DNA of 64,000 nucleotides, taken from the NCBI GenBank assembly GCA_040437565.1, contig JBDOQK010000060.1, positions 62,001-126,000 on the forward strand, given 5' to 3'. Both the position numbers and the translations under genes were made by a program. Source of the DNA: Albugo candida. Taxonomy: Eukaryota. Below the pieces are notes generated by a model. That model was given only the letters and a program-made list of their open reading frames with translations. It searched no databases and was not told where the DNA came from. Below are positions 34,371-46,923 of the stretch, piece by piece. Numbering within the stretch: position 1 is the first letter of the stretch; the number at the start of each line of letters is the position of its first letter.

Positions 34371-35849
34371 AAGAGACACTCCAGGCTCTCTTCTCCTGGT
34401 GTGGTGATACAAAGGATTTGATGGCGATCATACTTTTGCTGTTTTTTGGAGTTCTTCTCTATCGTCGCAAATGATGCGATTGAGGCAAAAAGTTGAGCAA
34501 ATCCTTCTCGTAGCCGTTTGTCTACAAAGTGGACCGTATACGTCAAACCGAGATATTGGCCTCCACGAAAATGTATCGAATACAGTGATACAGTGACATG
34601 CAGCAGAGTCATATTCAAATTCTCAAGACTTGACATGTTGCAGCGTGCTGGCGGATGATTTTGTACTGCGACAGTTTGCATGAGCAACAAACGGAAAATC
34701 GTATTATCACGACAAGTGTACCAAAACCGGGCGATTGCTACACGATGGTGAAGTGTTCGCAAGTGCACAATGGTCTTGAGATCGTACATTAAAGGAAGAT
34801 TATGGTACAATCGATGACAACAAGGATGGTTGTTCCCACGTGTACGATTCTAGTTCAGAGGCTGTGTTACATCCCACAAAAGACCCTCCTGCTATGAATG
34901 AGGTTAAACAACAACCGATTGAGCGCGTCTCGTGTCAGAGGATTTGAAAACGTTTTGCAACTGCCAAAGAAAGATGTTTTTTTGACCCAGTGGCCTATCA
35001 ATCACAAACGTATGGTGAAATATGGCAGGATCTTCTCAAGCTCGTTTGGGTGTCATCCAAGAATGTGTTTGGTCAGCCACATCTCACCTTAGAATCAAAT
35101 CATCTACTTGCTTCAATCATCCTGACAATGACAAACTGCTTGATGCGAGCCAGTGGTCGAAACATGGACTGTGTTGTTTTTTTCGTTTTTGGGCAAGCAG
35201 TATGGGTTTGTGTCACTCGGTCTTATAGAAACCAGTTCGATTCCGTGGAGACGTGTGGCAGGAGCTGTTCATGCAGCTACTCCAGCTCACTCGTCAGGCC
35301 ACTGGAGGCAACGTCTTGATGGATTGACGGATGGCGTCGAACTGAATGTTTTCGAAGAATCACGCGAATATGCGTTGTAGCTCGCCGTGCCACATGAATC
35401 GTTCACTGAAAAGAGGTTTGCATCAAGGATATTCATGGCGAAGACGACAGTTGACACTCCCGTCATAAACTCACAAAGCTGTATGAGACCTTGAAGGGCG
35501 CAGGTTCCGTACGAATATGTTTTCAGCACAGAAGATAGATCGATCATGCGGATACAGCAAGTGGGGATTCATAATTCGTCGTGAAGTGCTCTGGAGACTA
35601 CAATTGAGACAGCTTTCTTCACTTATGTTCTTCATATCTGTAAGCAACGTGTGGAAAGGAGTACTTTGAGATGTAATGGGGCCTTTCGCACAAGAGTTAA
35701 TTGATTCAGTGTACGACAAAAGATTGAGCGGGTAGGCAATTCCTAAAATGTTTATTAAGCATTAATCTTGTCTTAGAGCGAGCTATCTCTTGATCGTAGG
35801 CCATGCGAGTATGTAAGACATTTCGTACCAGCTGCATGGGGAGATCAAG

Positions 35850-36877
35850 CTAGCATATCACACATTCACCATCAATAGATGAAGTGCCCGCCTCTTGTTC
35901 CTTTTGAGCAGGAAGGATTTGGTACGTTTTGGTTCCACCTTGGGTATTGACATTGATGATATGATTGCCCAATAATTCAAGTCCAAGAACCCACTCTGGC
36001 TTGTCGTTTTTAATGAACATCCCAAACCAAATGCGGTGGGGACATGTGCTCATCTCATTAACAGGTCCCAATTGGATGTTCGATGATCCTGCGTTGACCT
36101 GTGGTTTTCCGATACTTAAGCTGCTTTCAAAAGCAATATCTGACCGGATCGTTCCTTAATCTCATTGTACACTTCTCTTGGAACACGCACCCAATTACCG
36201 AAACCAATAGCGATATTCTGATTTTCGAATAATAAATTGCCATATCTTATTTTTATGTGAAATAGATTTCCCGGAATGAATTCGCCAATAGGTTCGAGCA
36301 CACGTTCTACAACATATATACTTTCGGAATTGCGACTTGACGACTTGAATGCGAAAGAGTAGACTCCTTCTTCAGCCAAATCTAGAAATCCTTCAGGATT
36401 GAGTCCAAACCCATAATGGCGCGATTCTACGAGGATATCTGAATCTCTCATCTTCTTCAGATCTGACTCACTCAGTTTCCAACATCCTGGTGTATATCTG
36501 GAGTTCACATTTTCAGCAAGACCCTTTTTTGCTGGTTCCCAGAAAGAGATCTGATGCGCTACATCAGCTTTTCCGTTATTCACGTCTTCAACAAATGCAT
36601 ACACATCGGGCATTCTATCAACCTCAGATCCAATTTTCATGCTAGGAAGGCAGCGATGGATAGTATCACGGGAGGATCGCGAACCGTCCAAATGAAACGC
36701 CATAATGTATTCATTGGGACCTTTTCGCACCAATTGCACATCCAAAGCCCTTATAATGCCTCTTTGTAGCAAAGTATGGTTTTCAATTTGCATGTACTCA
36801 CCGGACACAAATTGGAGATACGTTGTCCATGCCCCAAGGGCAGCGAGACCGTACGCTTTGAGGTTGGAAATCCTCAT
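35850..36877 (-). pseudogene. Secreted family member (module C) with a single frameshift near 36145; the full-length reading would end GECVIC*
   Basis: ORF 36877-36116 plus the shifted frame SDIAFESSLSIGK...CPHRIWF...WVLGLELLGNH...TKTYQILP aligns with the paralog at 58771-59805. The frameshift could be a sequencing error. Confidence 0.75.
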
Positions 36878-38310
36878 CGATGCTTGCTATGGGTGGATTT
36901 TTGATTAATGATGAGGAAGCCTTCGATGATTAATGAAATTGAAAGCAGACAGGCTTTATATATCCCCCCGCCGCAATGTGAGTTCTCCCCTCGTTAAATG
37001 CTTATCCAACTCTAGTTTAGGTTCTATTTGTGAGAATATTTACAAAAAGGATGCACACCTCGTAAAGCAAATAAACTGGTAACGATGTTAAATTATAGAA
37101 ACCGTACTTAGGGAGCATAGAAGTGAGCCTTTAACATGCAGGTGAGACACAAAGGTGCACAGTAATGTACTGGTGGTTTTTTGTACGAGGGGACAACTTT
37201 GATGTAATAAAATGCATATTAACCTAAGTAATAAAAAAAAGAATACCCTTTCTCAAGACTCTTACGACATTTTGGAATTGAGAAACAACGTAAACATTCA
37301 CCTCACCTAATCATTATACGAATTCTGGATTTTTGCAAATATTCACACGCAACGTTATTATTACAATAAGGTTGCACACCTTCCTGAGTAAATATAGATT
37401 GGTAACGATCAAACTATCGGGACCGTGCTTCGAGAGCATGGAAGCGAATCTTTGAACATGCAGGGGAGACAACGGTGCACAGTAATATACTCGTGTATCT
37501 TATCCTATAAGTGAACAACTTTAATATAATATAATGCGTATCTACATAAGTAAGAAACTAAAGGATACCTTTTCTGCACGCATGGAATGATGCTTCCAAT
37601 ATTTTAGAATCGGAAAGCAACGTTAGCATTCACCTTACCTAGCCATTACATTATTCTAGATTTTCCCAAATATTTATGCGCAACGTTTGTATTATAGTAA
37701 GGTTGCACACTTTCCTTGATATATAAATTGGTAACGATTTCCAAATTATGGAAACTGTACTTTAGGAGCTTGAACACAATTGGCTGAAATAAACATCCAA
37801 AACCACTTTACTAGGAAAACAAATACTTCCCGGATAATAAGATTTTACAATGACGTGTATCAAAGCAGTCCAGCTGATTTAGCCGTCAGTAATGCGCTCC
37901 TCTGTTCGATTCTTTGCTTACTTGCACCGATTGCTTTGCCTTAAAGCTGTTGTTTTACTGCATCGTTTGATTCTCAGCATAATCTCATCTTTGTTGCCTA
38001 TTGTAAGGTGCAGGAAAGCATAGATCAGTACGTATAACTCTGATGAATGCGCTACTCCTAACTCTTTATTTCAGATGAACGCTGATGTAACAAGGACATC
38101 AAATATCAGTCGATCTGATTCAGTGTTCATAATATTTGAAATACCTGATTAGGCGTGTCATTTTGTTTACAGAAGTGCGCAAAAAGATTCCAGAGCTTGA
38201 AAACGCACATAGTCCAGAGGCTTGCACTTTGATTTGGTTATGACGCTGACTATTGTGTACGTTCAGAGACATAGCGGGTAAACGACCGTCGACAGCGCGA
38301 GTATACTCAT
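36878..38310 (-). promoter_or_regulatory. Conserved upstream region of the family gene (copy C)
   Basis: Collinear with 11898-13345. TATATAAA at 36955-36962 (minus strand), with repeat units starting at ~37049, 37370 and 37701. Confidence 0.7.
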
Positions 38311-38822
38311 TACCCATATAGTATACGTATATTCAGTTAGTTAGTGTTCTTAGACGTGCTGCCTAAAGTCAACCGTTAGCGTAGACCTATAACGTGCACA
38401 CTACGGTACATAGAACAACTTTAAGAGCGATAATTATTCTGTAACTCAAAGAATTGGACCATTTTGTGCACACAATTCGAAATCCCGCAATACGGATAGC
38501 GCGTCGCTTATTGGTTGAATATATCTCACGTGAGCCCCCCTTACAAGTCGCAAGAGGATGTCAAGGTCAATGGTGTCGTCACCAAAACCGTACTATCGAT
38601 TGATATTACCATTATAACTCAGTCGGTAACTTTTGGAATGTTGCAAATAATGTTTGCTGGAAATAAGCGTCGCATGCAACTGCAAATTTTACTAAGATTC
38701 TATTGACTGAGTCAATCAGTCTGATGCAGCATCGTATGCAGTTCAATAAAATGTATAAAACATAACCAATGTCATAGCGGTTTTATTAAAATTCCTCATG
38801 CCTCTGCACAGCTGTACCCTAT

Positions 38823-39338
38823 TCAGCAAACTGAATCCAGTGCAGCGAATTTTTCTGATAAACTCTGACTCGCATGACAATCAAGCTGTCGTCGAGAATG
38901 TCGTTTGAATGTAGAGCGAGCATGGCACGATACTCTACAGAATGAAGCCCCATCGCGCACGCGAAGAAAATCCATCAGCACTTGAATCATACCGCGATGT
39001 TTGCTACAGTTTTGTACATCATCCGGTTTGAACGCTTGGATCATTTGTAATAATCGATTCAAATAATGCTCAATTGTGTAATTGTTTAGAGTATCGATAT
39101 TTTCCAATGAGCAGCAACTGGCACATACTTGACACAACCGTCCGTTGGTGCGTTGCATCATCATCTTGACTAGTTGAATCATCATCGACAGACTTTTCAA
39201 ATCATGCTTGGTTTTGTATGTGGAAGAGGATTCCCCACTACGACTGAGCTTGATTTGATACATTTGCGCGCCACCTATGGCAGGAGCCAATCGCACGCGT
39301 GCGCGGAGCTGGTCGACTTGGTTGTTGTAAGCGCTCAT
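38823..39338 (-). CDS. 171 aa protein resembling oomycete PX-like domains with CxxC/CxxH motifs
   Basis: YQIKL...CQVCASC...IEHYLNRLL...CSKH...VLMDFLRV pattern, recognised from memory only. Confidence 0.5.
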   Translation of the reverse strand: MSAYNNQVDQLRARVRLAPAIGGAQMYQIKLSRSGESSSTYKTKHDLKSLSMMIQLVKMMMQRTNGRLCQVCASCCSLENIDTLNNYTIEHYLNRLLQMIQAFKPDDVQNCSKHRGMIQVLMDFLRVRDGASFCRVSCHARSTFKRHSRRQLDCHASQSLSEKFAALDSVC

Positions 39339-39616
39339 GAATCAGTAACTATGCGTTTGAAGGAAAATTTGGCAATGTTATGAACTGAATTAAGGCGAAA
39401 AGTACTTTTTGCTGCAAAATTTGAGACATTGCCACAAGGTTCGTGCCTGCGAGACAAACCTGTTAGAGATGTGTATACAGAATATGCGAAACCTTTATAA
39501 GGGTTACAAATTCGTCTTGCTTACGAGTATGTAATCAGTAACCTCATTAACTCTAGGAGTATACAATTAAAAACCATCAAGTTTGTACACTAAAAATCAC
39601 ATTTTTCTGACCTACT

Positions 39617-42100
39617 TCAAGCCGCGGCAATCTCAGAGCAATTACGTATCATGGAGACACCATGCATATAGTTTGATGCGCCTTCATTCAACTCGAAAAT
39701 AGAGGCTGACTTTCGTGTAGGTGAACGTTCCAGTGAGCATTCTTTTTTTGGAAGCATCGAATTGTCGCAACTGCTGGACCTATTGGACTCGTACTTAGCG
39801 GTATCCGAGCTCGTCTTTCCACTAATTCCAATTCGATATTGTTCTTGTATGGATACATACGCTTCTTCAGTATCGTATCCCAAGTTATAACACACAGTAT
39901 ACACTTCTTCCGCTTTCTGCCTGACAATTAAATTCCAGTGGCTCGTTATCACTTGACGCAACGAGACTTTGATGATCTCAAATATTTCCTGTCCTATACA
40001 TTCAAACTGATTCATGACGCGCACACACGTTGGCGAATTCCAAAACGAAATCGCACGTTCCGCGACTTGAAATTGTTGACTCGTCATACAACGCGCTAAA
40101 CGTTTCGCTAACGCTTTGTGTAAGTTGTCAAAGTCGATTTCTGATAAAACGTGTTCCATCAATTCTTCAATTTCTACAATAAAAATCATCTCTTTGCATG
40201 ACTTTCCAACGGGCCAGTATTTAAGCATCCCTCGCACAATGGTACCAAATAACTGATGATCTTTTGAGACATATTGTATCATACAGTACGCGAGCTGTTG
40301 ATGGTAAGAGACATAAGCGGGCGATAGATGCAGTGGAATCAACGCCTTTTCTAATAATCGAACATGCTCCTGCTTGATGGGACACGCAAAGCCATTCACA
40401 ATACTGCCAAGAATCTCCAATAATTCGGCGATCCCGTAAAACGTGTCGGACTCGTACAAAAACTCATAAAACGTGTTGGCGATTTCTTTCCGAATACAGG
40501 ACCGTCGATGCGTCAATTTGTAATATAATCGATGTAGCACACCTTTGAGAATCTGGCGTTCTTTAAGCGCCGGTGTTCGAAATAAACCAATCAGTTGTGA
40601 AATAAATCGCACGGTGAATATTTCCTTACGAAACGACTTTTCAAAATTTTCCACGCACTCGATTATTTTCAGCAAAAGATCGTAGCACGCGGTAAGAAAT
40701 CCCCAGTTTTGTTCCTCCACTGTGTAGTCCATACTCTTATCTGTATGTCCATGTAGTCCTCCAGAAGCGTCTCCCAAAGGAGCTTCGACCAAATTCGGTT
40801 GATCGACAAACACGTTATACGGCGCAAAATTTTGCACAGTTGGAAAGGAACGAAATAAATAATAACCCACTAAACGGACCAACTCTGAGTAAGCCTGAGG
40901 GTCTTCTAACAAAAACGGATACGACTCGCAGTACGAATTCAAATCGTACAAAGTTGAGAGTCGCTTTTCATTCAGCTGGAAACGTTCTAAAGGCGTTAAC
41001 TTTGAGTACCGTGGCACACAAAATGCAATTTTCTGACGGAAAAGAAGAAGCCGGTGATGTGATTTTGTGTCTTCTAGTGCTGGCAAGTCATCCCATATGT
41101 CTATGTCGTTCATCGCCAAACATTTCCTATCAGCGTCCAGCGGCATAGATGCAGAAATAAGGCTTCCCATCCAAAATTCTGCTTCTTCTTCATTCTTTGC
41201 CATGAAATACAAAGAGCGGTATCCCTGATATGATTTTAGTTATGTCGAGTTTATACAGAATGCACGTCGCACGTACCGTTTGTGAGATCTCAAAACAGTG
41301 TTGCCGCTTGAATCGGTTTACTTCAATCGCGTTTACTTGAGTATTCTACGCACATGTTAGAATAAATTGCACATCGCTACGTAAAACTTACCAGCAATGG
41401 AATTACGCCCCGAGGACATGCATCACTGGCTGCCTACAGAACGATCTGAGTCTCACTCAAATTAAGCTTGAGAACTTACATTTCCAGACACATAGTAAAA
41501 TAAACTTTGGCCTTTAAGGATCATGAGTCTTTTTTTCCAAACTTTAAAGTGACTTGTTTGTTTTACCAAAACTCCAGAGCGGGCTATCGGCGCTTGAAAA
41601 TCCACAATATATGAGCAATTGTTGCGTTCCGTTGATGAGGGTGATGCGAGAGGGATGATCAAGCTCATTTTTTTGGAAAGTAACGGATGATGTCCTCCCG
41701 TACAGCCGATATTGAAATCTAACTCATCATCAAAAAGTTCTGAATGTTCCTCCGAGGGAACATGGAACGAGTGTCGGAGAGACGTAGCGCTCCCGGTTGT
41801 ATTCTGGCGCCTCAAAGGCTGTAAAGTATCCTCATCGTGCGGTGATATTGTTAGTCGCTCTGATGTGAGGTTCTTTTTCTTCCTACTCCACCGTTTTTTT
41901 ATACGTGAGTCCGCATCAGAGTTTGCTTCGTGAGTTTCCTCGTCGTCTTCGCCTGTCTCTAATGAGGATGCGGATTGCGAGCTGGAATCGCATTCTGATT
42001 TGATAATTTTATCGGAGGGATCGGTGCGTTTAACCGCCTTATAAAAATTTCGAAAGAAACGCGACTCGCATGTTACTTTAGATGTATTAGGAGTCGTCAT
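39617..42100 (-). CDS. PP2A regulatory B' (B56) subunit with an N-terminal PH domain, 4 exons
   Basis: PH: RSGVLVKQTSHFKVWKKRLMILKGQSLFYY...PRGVIPL...CFEIS...LYFMAKNEEEAEFW. B56: ERQILKGVLHRLY, GIAELLEILGSIVNGFACPIKQEH, YHQQLAYC, FQVAERA. Confidence 0.9.
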
Positions 42101-42392
42101 GGAAGTGACCAAATCCGAAATTGAACGAGAGTAGTTAACTGCGTATCACATAAAAACGTCGAGCAAGCGGTTTTCGGTTTTTTCTCTAGCGGACATAAAA
42201 CATAAGAGATTCGGAGTGACTCTATACTAAGGGTTATAAAATGCGTGCCAAATACTACGGAAATAATCGAACGAATCACGTCACTTTAAATATTTCAAAA
42301 ATGCCATTAAGTCATTTGTGTGCTTTTCATTCAGTCGAATGTAATATCCGTACTTTACTATTAGAAACGACGCACACCACCTGATCTATTTC

Positions 42393-42892
42393 TTACCGCT
42401 CTTCTTGCTGGTCAATGGTCTGTTCAATCGTGTGGAGTTTTTGTAAAACGCGGTTTTTCTTCTTCGTCCGAGCGTTTCGATTGATTTCCCGTAGCCGTTC
42501 CTTACCATTCACTGAGATATCTTTCATGGAGAGCGACGTTCCTGATTGTAACACACGTGTGGCCATAACTTCTTCGATATTGTTATTGATAAATGCGGTC
42601 ACCGACTAGTTGAAAACTCAGTTTAGGCAAGCCTCCGGATCGAAGTCATAAAACGCACCTTATTACCGCATTTTTTAAATCCATTGCATCCACGACGAAT
42701 TTCGGTTGTCGGATCTGAGGCAAGAGGAAACGTTACATTCGAACTCAAACATCTGAGGGAATTCGTACTCCCTTTTTTCTTGAATTTGGCGGCAGACTTT
42801 TTGTGTCTGTACTGAATCTTCTTTGTATCAGGTCGACTCGATGCATTCGCCACTTTCTTTTTACATTTTAAGTACGTTGCTCCTTGCGCCAT
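42393..42892 (-). CDS. Small basic protein, possibly DUF2462/UPF0390-like, spliced
   Basis: MAQG... start, K-rich segment ending KKG, then TAFINNNIEEVMATRV. GT-AG introns separate the pieces. Confidence 0.5.
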
Positions 42893-43358
42893 TCTTTCTT
42901 GTAAGCTGTCTATACGTATACTGTAAAAGGCTGCAGAAATCCACTTTACTAATATCAAATAATAACCTCGCTATTCTCATGACGAGACCCACGATCATTT
43001 ACGTGTATACCTCCCTCCTTGAACGCCTCTTTATACACTCTTTAACCGAACATGTATCATCGAAACGAGCATCCTCACGCATCGCACTAACACACTTTAC
43101 TTGCATCCAACTTGATGACCACGGCTTGATAAACGATTCCTTGATCGTAGCCCTTTCGCCTCTCAACTACTAATACCCCGTAAACTCGTTCACTACCACA
43201 ATCTTGTCCTTCTCCTGCACAAATTACTCCATACTATCCCACCTTTATGTACACCACACTATCCTACACAATCAACGCACCGCTTCGAATCGCATCGTCC
43301 TCGCTCTTTTTCTCAGCATCACGTGTTTTCTCCATTTTTCGCATCATTTCCAAGCGGA

Positions 43359-44595
43359 ATGGGCTGTATTCTAGTTCATACTAATTACACCGATTCTAGC
43401 GGCGAAGAAACAGCCTCAAAAACGTCTTCAGAGCCTATAAATATCGCATTTTGTGCTCCAATCGCCACACTTTGGCCTCGAAATCAGCCCAGAAGCTCCC
43501 GTACATCAAATGCACGTCCACAGCCTCCACAAACGTACATTGGTGGTGGTATTCCTGGTGTTGCACTCACTGAAGACCAAGTGGATTCGCCACAATTCAC
43601 AGGCGCTTGTGCTGTAGGCTTTCAGGTACTCTCATCATCTTCCTCATTTCCCTCACCTTCTGACAAAATCCTCATAGTCTCTCGATGGAAAATTGCGGTG
43701 GGGAAGCTGTTCACGCGCCGGGAAAGACTCGCTGCTTCGACGTAAAGAGAATCAGGACAGTTTTTGTGTGTCGGACGGCATCGGCCAGTGGAATGCAACC
43801 TTATTCATCGTATTGGACGGACACGGTCCTGAGGGTGCTTTTGTGAGTCATTACGTGCGTGAGGAATTCTGCAAACACATCACTCAAGCGCTCGAACCGG
43901 TACATACCGGTTCTCTCTGCGTCGAAGATGTCGCTACTTTTCTTCGCCAAGCGTTTGAGAAAGCTGCGACAATCGTATCCGATCGACTTTTACAGTATAG
44001 TGCATTGGATATAAGTATCAGCGGTACAACTGCTACAGCAATGCTTGTGACTGGAGAGCATTGTATCTTTGCAAACATCGGAGATAGTCGAAGTGTGTGG
44101 GCGCACGCTCCGAAATCAAAGTCAGATGGGTCGTACCAGCTCGTTTTCGAAACCCAAGACCATAAACCCGACCTTGAACCCGAACGGATGCGAATTGAAG
44201 CGAGCCAGGGGCGTGTATTTGAGTGGGGATCCTACCGTGTGTGGATACAGGATATCGATATGCCGGGTTTGGCTATGTCACGGTCGTTCGGAGATGGAAT
44301 TGCAAGGACTGTGGGAGTCATCAGCGTGCCAGATGTCACGTGCTTGAGCCGTTTGGAAGATAATCGACCATCGAATGGAGATGTGATTCCACGGTCTTTT
44401 GTGATTTTAGCAAGTGATGGAGTTTGGGAGTTTATGACATCTGAAGAGTGTGTGGTTTGTGTTTCAACTTGCATTCTATCATTTCAAATGACACCGCAGG
44501 AAACGTGTGATACATTGGTGGCAGAAGCTATACGACGATGGGAAGAAGAAGAGGACGTTATTGACGATGTCACCGCAATTGTCATCTATCTTTGA
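43359..44595 (+). CDS. Protein phosphatase 2C (PPM family) with an N-terminal MGC acylation motif
   Basis: ENQDSF, VLDGHG, SGTTA, ANIGDSR, DHKP, GLAMSRSFGD, ASDGVWE, DDVT. Intron ~43626-43677. Confidence 0.93.
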
Positions 44596-44614
44596 ATAGA
44601 GCATTACAATTGTA

Positions 44615-45041
44615 TCAATTCGAGTCTTGGATCGTCACATTTTGTTGCAAGTGGTGGATTCGATATGAGAGTTTGGATACTTGTTTTAGCAGGTTATCAC
44701 GTTCCAGAGTGACTTGGTCGAGTTGAGTTCTTGTGCGCTCAGACTCTCTGTGTTCGACTTTCATCACATCTGAATGAAAAATGAGTTGGCAAAGGAATTG
44801 TAGAGGATGCAACACGTACCTCTGATATTTCGTAGACGATGGAGAAGATACGTTTTGTATTGGTGCAACTCCGTTGATTCTACGCTTCCTGCGAGGGAAT
44901 TGGAAAGGTGGGTGAGTTGGGCTTCTATTTGATCCACACGTTGGACGATATTCTGAGCGATTCGAAGCGATTTAGATCAAGAAAATTGGTGGAATAGTGA
45001 TTGTGTATACCGTATCTGTATTGGAGGTGTTCTGTCAGCAT
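44615..45041 (-). CDS. Small coiled-coil protein, spliced
   Basis: Spliced reading ...IVQRVDQIEAQL...YLLHRLRNIR|DVMK...KQVSKLSYRIHHL. The start is uncertain. Confidence 0.55.
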
Positions 45042-45215
45042 GACGATGAGTTAGTGGACGCAAAATGAAAGGAAGATAGCAAGGCAAAATACATTGTTCA
45101 TGCGACAGAATGGTTGCGGGTAATACCGGCAGTACCGTTAAAACTGGTACTGAGCAAAAAGTATAGATATACACTCTTAATAATAGACCGTAATGTACTA
45201 CATATTCTCCCTAAA

Positions 45216-46887
45216 ATGCGAAATCATGCGCATCTAAAAGAACGGCATGTGGTCGTTCTCGTGCTCGGAGACATTGGACGTAGTCCCCGCATGCAAAATC
45301 AAAGCGTATCGATCGCATCACTCCTCTACGACAAACGTGCGCCCAATCGTTGTAACGTAACGCTCATAGGCTACAAAGGAGAACAATGCATTCCATCCGT
45401 CATCGACCAACCCAATCTCCGTATTCTACCAATAACACCAATCCTTTCCCATATCCCTCGATCTCTCTTCCTTCTAACCGCTCCAATTAAAGTTCTCCTT
45501 CAGGTATCCCATCCAACCCTTATCCGTTACATCACCGTTACAACCACTTTACAGATATTACAACTGTTCTATATCCTACTGGTATCTACCGGTAATACCG
45601 ACGCCATTCTCCTTCAAAATCCGCCGACAATTCCGACATTTCTCGTCGTATGGATCTCCTGCAAGCTCAAACGCGCCAAATTCATCATCGATTGGCATAA
45701 TTTCGGTTATACGATTCTCGCTCTATCGCTCGGTATCTCTCACGTCTTTGTCCGCGTACGTAATCGCTCCATTTCTTTCAAAAAGCCTCACGCTCCATCC
45801 ATTCCGCAGATCGCTCGCTTCATCGAACGCGTCATCGGACAGAAAGCCGATGCCAATTTCTGCGTCACACAATCCATGCAGACGTATCTCCTCTCCAATT
45901 GGAACATCCACGCGACCGTTTTGTACGACAAACCACCGATTTCTTTCCGTCCGACGCCTTTGGAGTTGCGTCATAAACTGTTTCAAAGCCTTTCGGAACA
46001 ATTGAAACTTTGCAACGACGTAAGCGCTATCATCCGTTCCTCATCGTCTGACGTCGTGTGTAGCTGGTTTCTTGGGAACATGACGCAGACACGTTGGAAA
46101 TGACACTGGTGACGCGTAAAGCGGTTCATCATGACGGAATCCGACACACCTTTCGACACGATCGTCCTGCAGTGGTCATCAGTTCCACAAGTTGGACGCC
46201 CGATGAAGACTTTGGAATTCTGTTGGATGCACTTATTCTTTTGGATCAACGAATTGCGTCCTCTTCCTCGTTTCCGAATCTTTTGGTTCTTGTCACTGGA
46301 AAAGGACCCCAAAAAGCGCATTACGTCGAAAAAATCAATGATTTACGTCTCCGACGCATTCGTATTGCCACATTGTGCGTTCCTTTCCATCGCGTAAGAC
46401 ATCGTTTCTCATCCAATGCGTAGATGGATGCAGCCGGAAGAGTATCCTCTGCTTCTAGGCGCTGCTGATCTCGGCGTTTGTCTCCACACATCGTCTTCCG
46501 GCTTGGATCTTCCCATGAAAATCATCGATATGTTTGGATGTCAAGTTCCCGTTTGCGCCGTCGGCTTTGAGAGTTTAAGTGAACTCGTTCAGCATTCAAC
46601 GTACGTGACGTATCTCTTCCAAAGCTTTACGCTCATTGTGATGTCATTTTCAAGGAATGGAATGATTTTCTCAACGCATTTGGAATTGGTCGATCAATTG
46701 TTTGAGCTTTTGGACGGATTCCCTTCGCGTTTGAATGGGAACTTGCATCGAATGCGAATGGAGTTGCAGTCCATAGAGGTGCGTCATCATGTCCTCTCCA
46801 CAATTTCTCATTTCCATTCGTATGCAGCGATGGACAGAGCATTGGAATACGATCGCGAAACCGGTGATCACAGCGTTGTGGACGTAA
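45216..46887 (+). CDS. ALG1: Chitobiosyldiphosphodolichol beta-1,4-mannosyltransferase, multi-exon
   Basis: [65 protein letters not shown]. Confidence 0.95.
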
Positions 46888-46923
46888 TACGATTCGATTC
46901 CATTTGTTTGATTTCGTATGTCG

